The position numbers were made by a program, and so were the translations under genes. A DNA stretch of 64,000 nucleotides, from assembly GCA_016748015.1 (NCBI GenBank), contig JAAOMT010000074.1:62001-126000 (forward strand), read 5' to 3'. Source of the stretch: Geosiphon pyriformis uo1. Taxonomy: Eukaryota; Fungi; Glomeromycota. Under the pieces are notes generated by a model, which was not told the DNA's origin, did no database searches, and saw only the letters and a list, made by a program, of their open reading frames with translations. Shown here piece by piece: positions 1 to 14,080 of this stretch (its first letter is position 1; each line of letters starts with the position of its first letter).

Positions 1-799
1 TTCTCCAGGTGCTAATGCTGGTTGCTTTCCTTTGTCGCTTGAACCAATAGGTTGTAAAATAGCTGTTTCTTCCGTCAGAAGAGATGCTGATTCTGCTAGG
101 TTTTGTGCTGGTGGCTGTTCCCAAGTTGACAGGTTTCCTTCTGTTTGACCAGCTGCTGAGTTAAGATTTTCAAACAGTGATCCATATTCTCCTAGTGATT
201 TGGTCCAACTGTGTTGATTCCAAGGGTGTAAATTTCCAGGAGTTTGTGGTATTTCCAACTGAGTTTCCGGGGGTGGGTTGAATACAATTCTACTTTGGGG
301 TGTTTGATGGTATGATGGAGTTGTTGGGGAAAGGACTCTTGGTTTTTTGTTGACTGTGAACTTGGCTTGGGCAGTTACAGATTTGTTAGATTCATTTTCG
401 TATCCTCAGAGTCAGATTCCACTGGTTGTTGTACTTGAGGAAATTGTTGTGCCATGTAATATTTAATGTCTGTATCAATTATGCACAGAGTTTCAGCGAT
501 TGCTTGGGTAGTTGTGGCTGTTGAGTACTTTAGTAAGCTTTGATAGATTTGTTCTCCAAGTCTTCCTGTATCAGTTGTACAGCCTAACAAGCAGTTGATT
601 TTTGTGTTGATATAGTTACAAAAATCACTTTCTGCATAAGTGATTCCTGCTGGTATTCCTAAGTCTTTTCGAAAGTATTGAAATAGTGCTTTTCCGTACG
701 AAAAGTGGTCTTTTCCTATTGTTCCAATAGTTGCCACTTTTATGTATTTTTGGGGGTGCTCTGTTTCTGTGGATTTATAACCTCACAGGGAGCACCAAA
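1..799 (-). mobile_element. Ty3/gypsy LTR retrotransposon A, internal 5' part (PBS and degenerate gag N-terminus), continuing off the window
   Basis: Follows the LTR at 800-1889 and the PBS at 781-797. ORF 375-737 is similar to the gag start of element B (46293-46595; AESDFCNYINTKI vs AESVFNFYVNERI). Confidence 0.85.
781..797 (-). other. Primer binding site (tRNA-Ile(UAU)-like)
   Basis: Minus strand reads TGGTGCTCCCTGTGAGG, 2 nt from the LTR end. It is complementary to a CCA-ending tRNA 3' end. The Ile(UAU) assignment rests on recalled similarity to ...CCTCACCTGGAGCACCA. Confidence 0.8.
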
Positions 800-1889
800 T
801 GTTATGGGTAAACTTGGTGGGTATGAGAGATGGTAACATTTAGTGCTCTCAATTATTGATGATGCGTCTTCCACGTAATTCTGTTGGCTTAGTCTTGATT
901 ATCAGTCTCTAAAGATCTATTCCTGGATGTGAATTTTACCCATTGAGTTCTTTGGTTATAAGGCACAGAGTTTGTCTTTCATCGATTGCAATGTTTTTCG
1001 TAAATGTGAGCTTTCTTTTCCGAGCTAACGAGTACAGTCATTAGGGTCTGGTGTTGTCTTTTCGCCCTTCTAGTAAGCTAACAAGATAATGTTAATATCC
1101 AAAACTTAGGGGGAGCTTCCCTCTTTTACCAGGCTATTACAAAGTCTATTCCCAGACAATCGATTTTACTATGTTGCCGCTCCACAAAAAATAAGACAGA
1201 AAAAGAAAAAAAAAAAAAGAAAAAAAAAGAAAAGAGAGAAAAGATAAATTAGTATTGTCAATCGCCGTGATTAAGAGTGATTGGTCCAAATCGTTAATAG
1301 GTTTGAGATGGTTATGCTAAGAGCATTTGTTTTAGAACAGAGGTACGAGACAAGAATTAATTTACATAAATTTCACAAAATTTGAGAACATGAATTCACA
1401 ATTCTGATTTCTTTTAATAATTGATTTATTTCAGAAGATGAAATAGGAAAGATAATAAAGGATGAAGGGGTATGGATATTTTAATTTCTGGTCTAAAGAT
1501 TTGTATCTATTTTTTCTTCTCTGTCCTTTCTCACTTCTACAACTACTTGCTTTTATACATTCTTTTGGTTTTACAGGATTGCTTTCAATTGTCTCGCTAT
1601 CGCTAGCTATTGCTTTGTTGTTTCTGTTATTGCTTCGTTTTTCTATGTTATTGCTAGTTATCCTATGTTATAACATGTTATCTAACATTATTACATGTTA
1701 TTCTGTGTTATCCTGCATTATAACACATTATCCTATGTTATTGCGTGCTATTCTGTGTTATCCTGCATTATAACATATTATCCAACGTTATAACGCATTA
1801 TCCAACGTTATTGTGCGTTATTCTGTGTTATGTCACATTTTGGTCATGTTTCTTCATAACTTTGGATCGGTTTTTCTACTTGGGTAACA
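800..1889 (-). repeat. 5' LTR of element A (~1.09 kb) with tandem repeats in the presumed U3
   Basis: Termini TGTTA...TAACA, adjacent PBS, and it interrupts LINE-1 ORF2 exactly after LQVWCWR. Imperfect tandem repeats at ~1640-1835. Confidence 0.85.
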
Positions 1890-4800
1890 ACGCCAACACC
1901 AAACTTGCAAGTCATGAAACCTGTAAGAAAATAAGTGACCCAAGATCCCACCAGAATTTACAAAACTGACAAGAGAGGCCACTTTACACTCAGACTGTAC
2001 CTGCGAGAAAGATTTCAAACCATAAAATGAAGGGTGGTGCAGCGTATTACTGGGAAAATCAAGCAGAAGGCCAGACTTAAGCTTCAAGCCCTTGTGAACC
2101 AGAGCATCTTACTTGGCACAAACACCAACCAGTATAAAACTAAATTGTGTCTGATAACTGATTATGGGCTGGAGAACCGCCAACACCAAGTATAGGAATT
2201 GTTTATCTGAAATAGCTTTTCTTAGAACCAAATTGACAAAAAAATGAATGTCTGAATGTGCCTTAGCCAAACTCAGCTTCGAAAGACCCTCAGTTGAAAA
2301 AAAAATACCCAGATACCGATGAGATTCCCCCTTCTTGGCAACGGAAATAGGTGAGCCGCTAATAGAAAGGAAGGAACTGCTGACTCTGCTATTGATAGGA
2401 ATGGCCACTGTTTTGTCATTGTTAATAGAGATATCATTGACCTGAAAAAATTTACTGGTGACATTGAGAATGTGCTGAGTGGCAGCTTGACTGTTACTAA
2501 CCCAAATTGTATCATCAACAAAAGCACCAACAGCAAAAAAGAAAGAAAGTCCAGCCTGAGTCTCAGCACGTCTATTTTTAGAGATAAAGTACAAATTCAG
2601 CCTATACTCACACATACTCTCCTAATGTTTGATTTCACACAACAAAGGATTATAGAAAATGTGCCACAGAAGAGGGAAAAAAACTTCTCCCTAATCTAAG
2701 CCATCATACATATGATAACCACCAGTCAAACCAAAATCTATCATTACTCGATTAGTGCGACTTCTGTGTATACTACCAAAAAACTGAATAAACTTGCTGC
2801 ACATCTTAATTCTGACCAGGCTTTTTTTAAGATGCTCCCAGCCAACTGAATCATAAGCCTTCCTTATATCCTGCAACACTCTTTTGTGAAAAAAAAGAAT
2901 TATTAAAAGATTCTGTCTTTCACTGAGCCAGAGCTCACGGTTCTTTTCCAGAGCATCCTCAATTACTGAACCAATTGCAAAAATAGGAGACTGAGTAGTC
3001 ATACTCTTCAAAACCGAAAAATTGTCCCCACAAAGAACATTGAAAGTACTGCATGCAGCAGAAATCCTATCAGAAAGAACCTTGGAGAGAATCTTGCAAG
3101 CTGTTTCGATCAAAGCAATAGGATGTGTGTTCATCAGAACACCCTCCTACTCATAAGGCTTGGAAATCATTGAAATCCAGGCCTCTTTCCATGGGCCGGG
3201 CACTGATTCACCAGCCAAGCAAGCGTTCAAAAACACCAACATCTCCAAGACAGACCTATCACAATGTTTTCAAAGTTCATTTGAGATACCCAACAAACCA
3301 GCAGTTTTGCCATCAGGAAGGACGGAAACCACCCCTAACAACTTATCAAAACCAATCGGACACATCACCTCCGAAAAAGTCTCATCAAAAACATACTCCA
3401 AAGGCCAATATTGGCAATACCAATCACTTGACATATCATTGACCACTTGACGCTTCCTAGTCCAATCCTCCATAATCACGTCTACCTTGCTCATAATTTG
3501 ATCAGGCTCCAAAACCAGCTTACTATCAACAACCAAGTGGTCAAGCACCACCTTACAAAATGGGCACTTCAACACACTCCTTATTATATGACCTTTATTG
3601 ACCTCAAAGCTTTCCATTCTCTTATCTATGGCTGATCTAATATTAGCCTCCTTGGCGTTCTAAGACTCAACAAGCTTAGATGCATAATATGATTTCCGAG
3701 TGCTCAAGAGAGCAGAAAGGACATGACCAGAGTCCATACCAAAATCCATCAGATCCCGAATAATTAAAGCCTTAACACTGTCCAGAGAAGCCCAACAATC
3801 CATGAAAGAAGCCAAACCAACAATATCTCCCTTACGTGATGCCCTAATAATCTTAGAAACCAAAAGCTCCAATTTGTGAAACTTCAAGGATTCCTTGGAG
3901 AAAACTCTACCAAAGTCCTTGAACCATTTTTTTTTGAAAGTACTATCAGCTGAAAGCACCATGACCTCACGAATGATGTCCCACATCACATCCAAATCTG
4001 AGAATCTTACAGAGGTGGCAAACTTATCTGAGAACATTGCTGCATTGGCCAAAGTGGCACTCCTGAAATTGTTCTATTTACTCTCATCAGCATCCCTAAT
4101 ATTAAACTTCTATCAATCTCTATTCACCTGCCTACAAAGAGCATTCAAATGCATATCCAAAAACTCACCCAAACTCACAGACACACAAACCGCTTGATAA
4201 TCAGTATCAAAATACTTGCTAACATCCAAAACGTTTCAGCTCACTATCGCATTGACCAAATTTGACGAAATGAACACATAATTAATAGTTCTTACAACAC
4301 CCCTTGAATTTTTCCAGGTAGAACTTTTTGCCAATGAATTCCCTGCCAGAGAATTGACCATACCCAAATCCAAACACTTCTTAAAACTAGCACACCTGCG
4401 AGAGCCATCTTCATTGAAATCACCATCCAAAACGACAAAAGAAGACTCATTCACAGCCTTAGCTATCAGGGAATTGACTTCATTGGCTTGAGAGAAATGG
4501 GCTGCCAGAGAAGCACCAGCATAAAGCCCCAAAATCGATACTGAAAGTTTGTTCTTAAAAAGCAACTTAATTGAGAGAAGCCAACTAGGCACCTCAGAAA
4601 CCTTACACACATGGCGAGCCAAAGAATTGTCTACGACAATAGCAACACCTGAACCCAGATTACCAGAATTTTGACCTGAGGTAAAGATTCGAACACCATC
4701 AAATCTAGTTGCAATCCATGGACGGACCTTACCCTTTAGCTTGGTCTCAGTAACAATAGAAATCAAATTGTTCATATCCTTGTGCCAACGAATGACATCT

Positions 4801-6950
4801 TTCTGTTTTGCAGGATTGTTCATACCTCTGACATTATATGTGGCAATTTTCCAAATTAAGTGAGTCATTGAGAAGACAAGGGAACTGATAAACCCAAACC
4901 AGAGCACAGAATATTTAACTTATCCAAAACTGAATCAACTGAGGTCTCCAAAGCAATCAATTTTGTTTCCAAACCACCCACTTTGGCAGTGAGGACTTTG
5001 AAACTACTAGAGCTGAACTCAACAACAGCATCATGAATGATGAATGGAGGAGTACCAGATAAGACCAAAGCAGAATCCATAATCATATCAGAATCTACAT
5101 TAGAAGTTAAAGTCTCAGAAACAGCAGGAAGAAGGCTCAGAGAAAGGGTCACCACAGGAACCAAATCAATGGATTCCAGCCGAACCAAAATGCCAGAAAC
5201 GCGGTCAGTCAAAAGTTCCAAAGAGTGCTCCAAAATTGCCAGCTGGTCATTCAAATGAAAAATGGTAGAAGAGTCAGTCGCCATTGAAGAAGGAACCAAA
5301 CCAGAATGCAAATCAGCACCAACCAAACCAGAGGAAATCACATGAGAAGGAGAGCCACCAGCAACTTGGGCCTATGTTTTACCACCAAATGAGACCAGAT
5401 GAGCAATAGGAGCCGACTTTTTCTTATATATCCCAGCTAGACAAATCTGATCTTGCTTAGAAACCATCCTCTTCCCTCAAACACCAGAATACTCACCCAA
5501 GGAGCAGTTGATCATAACATGACCAAATTGTTTACAATGAGTGCAACTAGCCAAAGAAAGACCAGTCCAATGCAAACTCACACCTTTGAAAACTGGAATG
5601 GTACCAATAGCAGCCAACTTGGATGTCTTATCACCAAAACAAATTACAGTGCATCTATTATGAACATATGAATTAGGATTATGGCCAATGTAACAAGTTT
5701 TCCCACTGTATGATTCCAACAAACTGGAGAGATCATGGGCATTGGTGCCAACCAGAAGAGTATAAAGCAAAGCCTGATGCTGATCTCTCGATACTCATGT
5801 TTGTCTATCATCAATTGCCAAAGCCACATGCATTGAATCCTTTTCCATGAAAACCAACTATTTAGAAGCAACCAGACTAGCTACTTCAGATGACTCAAAT
5901 TCGACCAAGGCCTTTTGCCAAAGACCAATCAACTGCATTTTGATTGAAACAATTTTACCAAATTTAGAAAATGCTGAATCCACCGCCAATTTGGAAAGAT
6001 CCACTGGGATCTCCTTGACAATCACCTCCTGATTCGAATGAATGTTTACTTTTTTGAGATTATCATTCACAATGATTTTTTCACAGATTGTCAACTCTCT
6101 GGCCTTAACCAAACTAGACTCACTTGTGAAAGTTGACCTAATAACTCCAGGAAATTTTGAGGAAGTTAAAGCACCCCCAAAACTGTCAATTTTATAAAAA
6201 ATCTTTTTGATCTTAATAACTTATCACTATTTGACTTTCTAGGCACAGCTGACAACTCCACATCTAAAGTGAAAGATTTTACTGGCTCGAAATGATGACA
6301 CTCTAAACCATGTAACTTGGGCAGCAGCAACTAATTGGACCCAACAAACGTGTAAGGAGGAAGCTCCAAAACACTATTGTCATTGTTTTCCAAGTTGAAA
6401 AAAGGTTGTTTCGGCAGCTTGTCTAAGACATACATCTTTGTTCTCATCTTTCTTGGAGTAACGTCATCTATCAAGTCATCGTTTCCAGAGGTGTTGGAAT
6501 CAATGTAACTAGTTTCTTTGGCAACCAAGTTTTCTATATCCTTTAAGTCAGACACTTTGCTGATGTTGTTACTCTTGTTCTCCACTTCACTACTCCAAGA
6601 TGCTTTACGTTCACCGCCATTAGCCAGCAATGGGTCTGCATACAAAAGTCCAGCTGAAGAATCTACCACAGTACCAGACACAACAGGTTTCCTCACTTTC
6701 TTGAAAGAGACACCATGAGAGTAAACACTCTCAATGTGAGCCTTCTTCTTAGAGCCTAACCGGGACTCCAATCCAGTCAAAATTGAGCCTGAAACACCAG
6801 CAGAAGAGCCAGCCAGATCCATAGTCACAAATATAGGTGTGTCCAAAGAAATAGTGATGAAAACAAAAGGGAAAAGGAATAAAGGAAATGTACTTCTTTG
6901 GCAGAATAACTTTGCTTTCGGTGTGGCCAGGGGATCAATGAGAGAAAAAA
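1890..6950 (-). mobile_element. LINE copy 1 (non-LTR retrotransposon, L1/Tad1-like), least decayed, 3' part cut by LTR element A
   Basis: ORF1 fragments 6846-4865 with CCHC knuckle CTHCKQFGHVMINC. ORF2 from 4868 has APE motifs (TYNVRG, TETKL, GDFNE) and RT motifs (PIALIET, LQDIRKAYDSV, AFVDD, YLGI). Multiple stops and frameshifts. Confidence 0.93.
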
Positions 6951-6954
6951 GTAA

Positions 6955-8145
6955 TTATTATGTTTTTTAAATTTTTATTTATAAAATTATATGTTTGTTA
7001 ACAAATAAAATGTTTTTTAAAATATAATTTTGTAAAATTAAAATAACCAAAAATAAGCAGTTTTTTAGGTTTTTTGAATTAAAAATTCAAAAAATATTAT
7101 ATATAAAGTTAAATATTATTGACATTAAATCAAATTTATTTAAAATAAAAAGAATTTATTAAGTTTTTAAGCTTAATAAATCTTAAATAGTTAAAAATTT
7201 AAAATTTAATTAATTATTATTAAATATATAAATAATTGTTTTTATAATAAAGACTATATTATTAAAAGTATTTTAAAATACTTTTTTTAAAAAATGGGTT
7301 TGAATTATTTGATTATGAAAAAAATACTGATTTTAAAATTTAACTTGGTTAAATTTAAGATAAAAAATATTAAAATTATTTTTTAAAAAAACTTTTTAAT
7401 TTTTAAAATTTTTTAAAATAATCAAAAAAATAGTTAATAATATTAAACAGTTATAAAAATAATAAATAAAAAAACAACAATTAATTATTAAATCAATTTA
7501 TTAAATACAAAATTAAAAACAAAATATATGGTTATATTAAATTAAAGCAAAAAATAAAAAATTCAAACTAAAATAAAACAGATTTTTTATATTTATAAAG
7601 TATTTAAAAATAAAGCATACAAATTATGTTTAAAACCAAAATTCTAAAAAAAACAACACATAAAAATTAGTTAAAATTTTAATATTTAAGCTTATTATTA
7701 ATAATACAAATATTATAGCTAAAAACACATATTTTATTAATTAAATTTAAGATTTAAATAAAATTGGAAAGTTTAAAAAATAAACACAAAACTATATTTA
7801 AAAATAATTAAATTAAATATTTTAAATATTTTAAAAAACATTTTCAATTTTTTTAACAATTATTTAAAGCAATATAAAAGCTAATATAAAATTAAAAATA
7901 ACAAATAACAATATAAAAATATAATATAAAACAATTAATAAAAAAACAAAAGCTTAATTAAAACTAATTGTTTTTATTTAAAATTATTAATATTAAAAAT
8001 ACCAACAAATTATACAAATAAAATAATAAAAAATTCAAAAAAATCCCGAAAAACCATTAAATTAAGTCTTGAATTAAAATAAAAATTTTTAAAACCATTA
8101 AAATAATAATAAAAAAGATTTTTTTAACTATTTATTATTATTACA
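6955..8145. other. Extremely AT-rich relic DNA, probably fully eroded TE
   Basis: Very few G/C, no ORFs, lies between LINE copies. Confidence 0.45.
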
Positions 8146-11100
8146 CTTCTTTTTTTTCTATATTCAAAATTCTCTAAAGAGCACTTTTTGAAAAAAAGTT
8201 TTTTGTTTTTGTTTTTGTTTTTGTATTTTCTGTGTTATTATCTTCAACATTTTTTAACCAAATAATCTCTTTGTGGTAGACCTAATGACTATTTCTGATA
8301 GCAATATATTTAAAAAAAAGGTGTTCAAAAGAGCTTTTTATGAATTTATTAAGGGTTTTTTTTCTCAAAAAAAAAGAGTTTCTATAGACAATATTAAGCA
8401 CTTTAATAATAAAAAAGATATTTTTTTAGTTAAATCTGGTTTTAATAAAAGGGTTTATTTAGACATAGATAGTAAATTTGATAATAGTAAAAATAATAAT
8501 GTCTTAATAAATATTAGTAAAGAAGTTTTTTTTGGTTCAGCAGTAACAACTCTTAAAATTAAAAAGATTAATATTGATTTGAAGTATAATTCTCTTCTTA
8601 ATACAATTGACTTTGGCATAGATAAAAATAAAAATCATTTCCTTTTTCCTTTAACATATTTCTAAAAAAAAGGTGAATTGATCTTAAAATAGTAAAAACA
8701 TAAGTAGAAGTGGCTGTCAAAAAATTTTTTGTTTTGAATATTAATTTTTTAGCAATAGAAGACAAATTAACAACAAAAAAAATTCAGTTAATTAGAAAAT
8801 TTTTTTCAACAATTAATGGTTTTGAAAGAGCCACTACTTTCTTAAAATTTGAAAAATTATTAAATCAATATTTATATTAGAGAAAAATATGAATAAGACT
8901 ATATTATTAGCTTAAAAAAAGAAAATTATCATAAACAACAATGTCAAAAAACAAGGAATTAGATTAGATTAGATTGTAATAATTAAAAAAATTCTTATAG
9001 ATATGTTAAAAGAGATAATTATTGCGAGTTTAGTTAAATTGTGTTAATTTATTTACAATTAATTGGATTATAACAAAAGACTGTGGTAAAATCTACTAAA
9101 TCAAGTTAAACTAATTTGTTAACATCAAAATAGTTATTTTTAATTAGAAAAAAGTTAATATATATAGCAAAAGCTATGAGAAATTAAGATATTTGAATGT
9201 TTAGAGATTGGTTTAAGGCACTTTTGTTCACTCTATTCATGAAAACAATTGTTCATAATTTTGGTGTTTTATTGAAAAAGACTGGTAAAAAAATTTGCAT
9301 TATAAATTATTTATTCAAAACTGGGAATAAAGTTTGTTATATTGTAATTAGTTTTGAATTAGATAAAAAATTTGAATTTATCTTTTATATGAAGCTAATT
9401 TTTGGTAATATAAAACTTTTTTGAACTAGAATAGATTTGATTAAATGTAAAAAATGTAAACATTTTGAATATTTTGCTTTAAAATATGATATATTTAGTG
9501 TATTATTCTTGCTTTTTAAAAATTTTTATAAAAGAGTTGTTTCAAAAAAAAATTATTTCCAATTAACCAGATTATATACTAGAAAAAGTGTTCTTATTTT
9601 TTGTTCTGCCATATTCAATGGCAAATCTTGGACTTAAGTAGTTTTACTTACTGCTTTTTTTAATAATATTTATTTTGGTTTTAGTGCTAGATCTTTTTTT
9701 TTTGGTTAATTATGTGTTAAAAAATTTTTTGATTGTTTAAGATAATTTATCTATTAGCACTTATTTGGCATGTTTGAAATGCTCTTTAAAACTTTTGGCA
9801 GATCAAGTGTTAAATATTGTACAAAAATTAAGCTTTGTGAATTTGGTGCTTATAATATTTGTTTTTCAATCTTCTTCTTTTACTATATTTGTATTATTGA
9901 ATTCGAATTTGGATTTTAATATGGTTTTAGATGTCTTATTTGTATTATTTATTCTTTTTTTTTAATTGTAAATGAAAAAATTTCAGATTTAGGTTTGAGT
10001 AAATTAAAGATTTTGACCACTAAAGTGAACAGTTTAAAAACAAAAATAGTGGCTTTTGAAGTTTTAATTAGTTTAGTTTTGGTAAGATTGGATTAGTTGT
10101 GCTCTAATTTGGGCTTTTTAATACTTTTATTGTCTTAATAACTAATTTAATATAGAAGTTTGTTATATGTAATGTTCAAAGTATTAATGTTCTTGCAAAG
10201 CAGAAAGATATTGTTTATTGACATAAGAGTTTGAGTAATATAGTTTTTATTGTTATAAAAACAAAGTTAAGATTTAGTATTAGGTTATGAATTATAAATA
10301 AGTTTGATAGAATATAGATCTTTATATCTGATTTAAAAAAAAATTTTCTTGGCACTAAAATGTCTATTATTATAAACAATTTTCTGGTTTGACATGTTTC
10401 TAAGATAAAAAAGGTTCTTAATCAAATTATTTTAGTACAGCTTTTCTTTAAAAACAAGCTTTCAGTTATAATTTTGGATTTATATGCTAGTGTTTTTACT
10501 AAAACAAGGTTTAATTAAGCTGTAAAAATTAATTTTTTTATTGCTAAAACAATTAATTTTGGCATTTTTATGGTCTTGAATAAGAATTTTAACAAAAATA
10601 AGTTTAAAAAATATGTAAGTTTTAAGTTCTGTTTGGATTTAACTTTGGTCAATTTGTTTAATAGACATTTATTGATCAAAGTTTTTACTTAAAACAACTC
10701 GAAAGATGTTAAAAGGACCATAAATTATATTTTTATTAGTAAAAATTTATTATCTATAATTGTTAATTATAAGGTCAATTCCATATTTGACTTTTTTAAT
10801 ACTAATTACAAGACAGTTGTAGTTTTTATTGATTTGAATAGTTTCTTAGATGTTTATTTGAATAATATATACAAGCAAGCCAACAAAAATAGATAAAAAT
10901 TCAAAATTAAGAATACTGATGCTGCTAAATAGTTACAATTTAAGAAGCATTCTTTGGAAAAAATTTTGTTAAATATGACTAATTTTAGTAATACAAGAAA
11001 CTATAATAATCTAAATATAATGTAAAAAATTTTAAAAGAAATGGTAGTAAGTTTTACTAATAAAATTTTCTTTAAACATTGGTTTAGTAAATATAAGTAT

Positions 11101-14080
11101 TCAAAAAACAAACAATTATCTAAGTTTTTTAAGCTAAAACTATTGATAACTAAGATTATGAAAAGTTTAAATTCGAATTATTCTTGAAAAACTGATTATA
11201 TCTTTGATATTTGGATTGTTATTAATAAAAAAGAAGCTTTCAAAGTAGAAATCATAATTGGCAGTAGTAAAAAAACAAATAAAATTCTATGTTATTTGTT
11301 AAACATTAAAAAAAAGTACTGTAAATTTAAATATTATAAATTTAGAATTATTAAAGATGATTTTATTAAGAAAGTAATAAAAAAATGTATAGAAAACTTT
11401 TGTTTTAACAAAAAGCATATAATCAGAAGCATTTTGAAATGTTCAGTTTGGAAAATAGTATTTGACTACTTGATAATAAATAACAATCTAATTCTGAAGT
11501 CTTGTAAAATTAAGTTTAATATTAACATAAGCATAAAAAAATAGACAAGAAAATATGTAGTGTTAAGTGTTTTGTCAAACTAGTAATTTAACCAATATGT
11601 TCCTCTAAATTATATTAATAATAATAATTTTTTAAAAATAATGTATAATGTTAATTTTTATAAGTTTTTACAGATAGTTAAAAATTTGCCTAATAAAAAA
11701 GCTACTGATTTTTCTGGTATTTTTAACAAGCTTTAAAAACATGATAATATACAAGTATTGAGTGGTTTATTAAATATTTTTAGTATGTAGTAAGTTTGAT
11801 GTTTTGTATGATGATAATTTTTCAGTTTTGAAAGACATATCTATTTAAACTTCAATTTTTGCTGTTAGTTTTGTGATTGAAAATACATTAAAAAAAGGCA
11901 GAAAACTTTAGTTAATTCTTCAAGATATGTGCAAAGTATATAATTCTGTTGGGTAATATTACTTAAAAAACAGTTTGCTTAGGATTAAAATATGTTTCTA
12001 TTTTATTAAGTTTTTTGAAAATATACACAATAATCAAATTAATTAAGTAATAACAGATTTTAAATTTACAGCAAAATATATTGTTTATGATAGATTAAAT
12101 CAGAATAAAGTTTTTTCACTATTGTTATGGAGAATTTTCTATGACTTTTTACTTTTTGAGATTAAAAAGCATAACTATATATATAATTACAAAATAAATT
12201 CTAAGTTTTTTACATAAACTAACAAACAAAATTTTAAGAATAGTAAAACATTTTTTTTGATAGCTTAAGTTTTTATAAACAATATAATCTGAATTAGAAA
12301 TAATATGTTTGCTACTTAGCATATTTTGAATATAGCTAGTGAATTTTTTTATATTAATAATATTTTAATTAACACAAAAAAAACAGTTGCTATTTCTATT
12401 AATTGAAAAGTAAAAAATTCTTATTTGATAATAAATGGATTGAACATTTTAATAGCAAAAAAAAGTGAAGCTTATAGATATTTGAATATTTTTTTATCTA
12501 CAGAAAATTTTTTTTGTTTAAGTCTTACTAAGACACATTCAAACATAAAATTTTTTACAAATTTGGTGCTAAAAAAAATTGTTTCTAATAAACAATTTCT
12601 TTATCTGGTGTTGTTTGTTTTACAGTTTATAATTAATTATAGATTATAATTTAGTCATTTATTAATAAGTATATGTAAAAAATGGGACAAAATACTAAGA
12701 AAAAAGTTAAAACTCAAGACCAATTTATCTAAAATTTTTTTTAATAAAGCCATCTTGGCAATTTTTTCAAACACAAAACTATAAATTTATAAGCTATTAG
12801 TTAGATGCTTTGGCAATTTTTTAGTTTTTTAATTATGCTTTTAATTACTTTTATAAATTGTTTTTTGGCAGATATAATAAATACTTTAATATCATATAGT
12901 TTGTTTTTAAGTAATTATATACTTAATGTCTTTTAGACTAATAAAAATATTATTATTACAAATGTTTTAAGATTGAAATAATATATAAAAGTAGTAAGTT
13001 TGCTTAAAAAGTTTGGTATTGTTTTTGTGAACCAACTTTTGGACTATTGTGGTATATGCTTCACAAAAAATATATTTTATAAATAGAAGAAATTGAATTC
13101 TAAAAGTCTAATTTCTAGGTGGTTTAATTTACTGACCAAATTCATTGAAAATAGTAGTCTGAATAGTAATTATGGTTTAATATATTGTCTTACTTTCAGT
13201 AACTGCTTATATAATATTAATTTTATTAGAAAGTATTTTATAAAAAAGGGGGCTAATAAAATAGTTAATTATATAGATAAATCAGTCAAGAATTTAAAGT
13301 CTATAAAAACTTATGATAGTACTATTGCTTATTTTTCAGATGTTAATATAAGTATAAGAATTAGGTTTTATGGCTTACTTTTCTTAATTTTTGTGGAACT
13401 GCAGATTATTATTCTTGTTTTAGATTGTGTTCCTGTATTTAGTTTAATAATATTGTTTATAGATAGTTAAATATTGTTGAATTTGTATACTTCAATTATG
13501 AAAAATATTAAACCAAACTTTTGCAATAAATGTTAGATAAAAAAAAAATATATTTGTTAAATTATAGTGTCAAAAAATCTGTTAATCAACTGAAACAAAT
13601 TCAAGAGTTATTTTGAATTGTTAGCAATAAACATGCAGATTTTTTTGCCAATACTATTTATTAAGACATTATATTATTTTTTTGCTATAAAAAATAAATC
13701 TGTTTTTAGAAATATCTATCACTTCATTAAAAATCTGTTTGAGACCATTAGTTTTGTCAGTTAAAAATCTAAATATGAAGATAATATTGTAAATAAATCT
13801 TTTTATGATCTTTTTGATATGTATTAGACTTTTAGTATATAGTATCTTAATGGTCAAATTTGGTTTGGCTTTACAAATTCTGCTTCTGTAATACTTTAAT
13901 CTTATTTTATAAAAGTCTTATACTACTAACTGCTTATAGTCAAAAGAAAAAAATTATACAATCTAAGTTATTTTAGTATATTGTATATTTAATATGGACT
14001 AATAAAAGACTTAAATTATATATTTTTATTTGTACATAATGATTATATTAGAAAGAATTTGATTTTAAATATTATTAAAG
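8145..14080 (+). mobile_element. LINE copy 2, heavily mutated, 3' end missing
   Basis: Collinear decayed ORF1 (CKKCKHFEYF knuckle relic at 9437), APE (~10140-10820), RT (YRYLNIF at 12425) and RNase H relic (YIDKSVK..VELQ..FIDS, 13093-13470). Its 5' UTR motif is shared with copy 3. Confidence 0.88.

Noticed and set aside
781-797. tRNA gene
   Set aside because: Only a 17-nt 3'-end match including CCA next to an LTR, so it is a PBS with no cloverleaf.
1462-1969. Hydrophobic ORFs and a CRISPR-like repeat appearance
   Set aside because: They lie in LTR tandem repeats, with no unique spacers or cas genes, in a eukaryotic context.
2881-2923. LINE insertion as a GT-AG intron
   Set aside because: Removing the 43-nt GT..AG segment leaves a frameshift.
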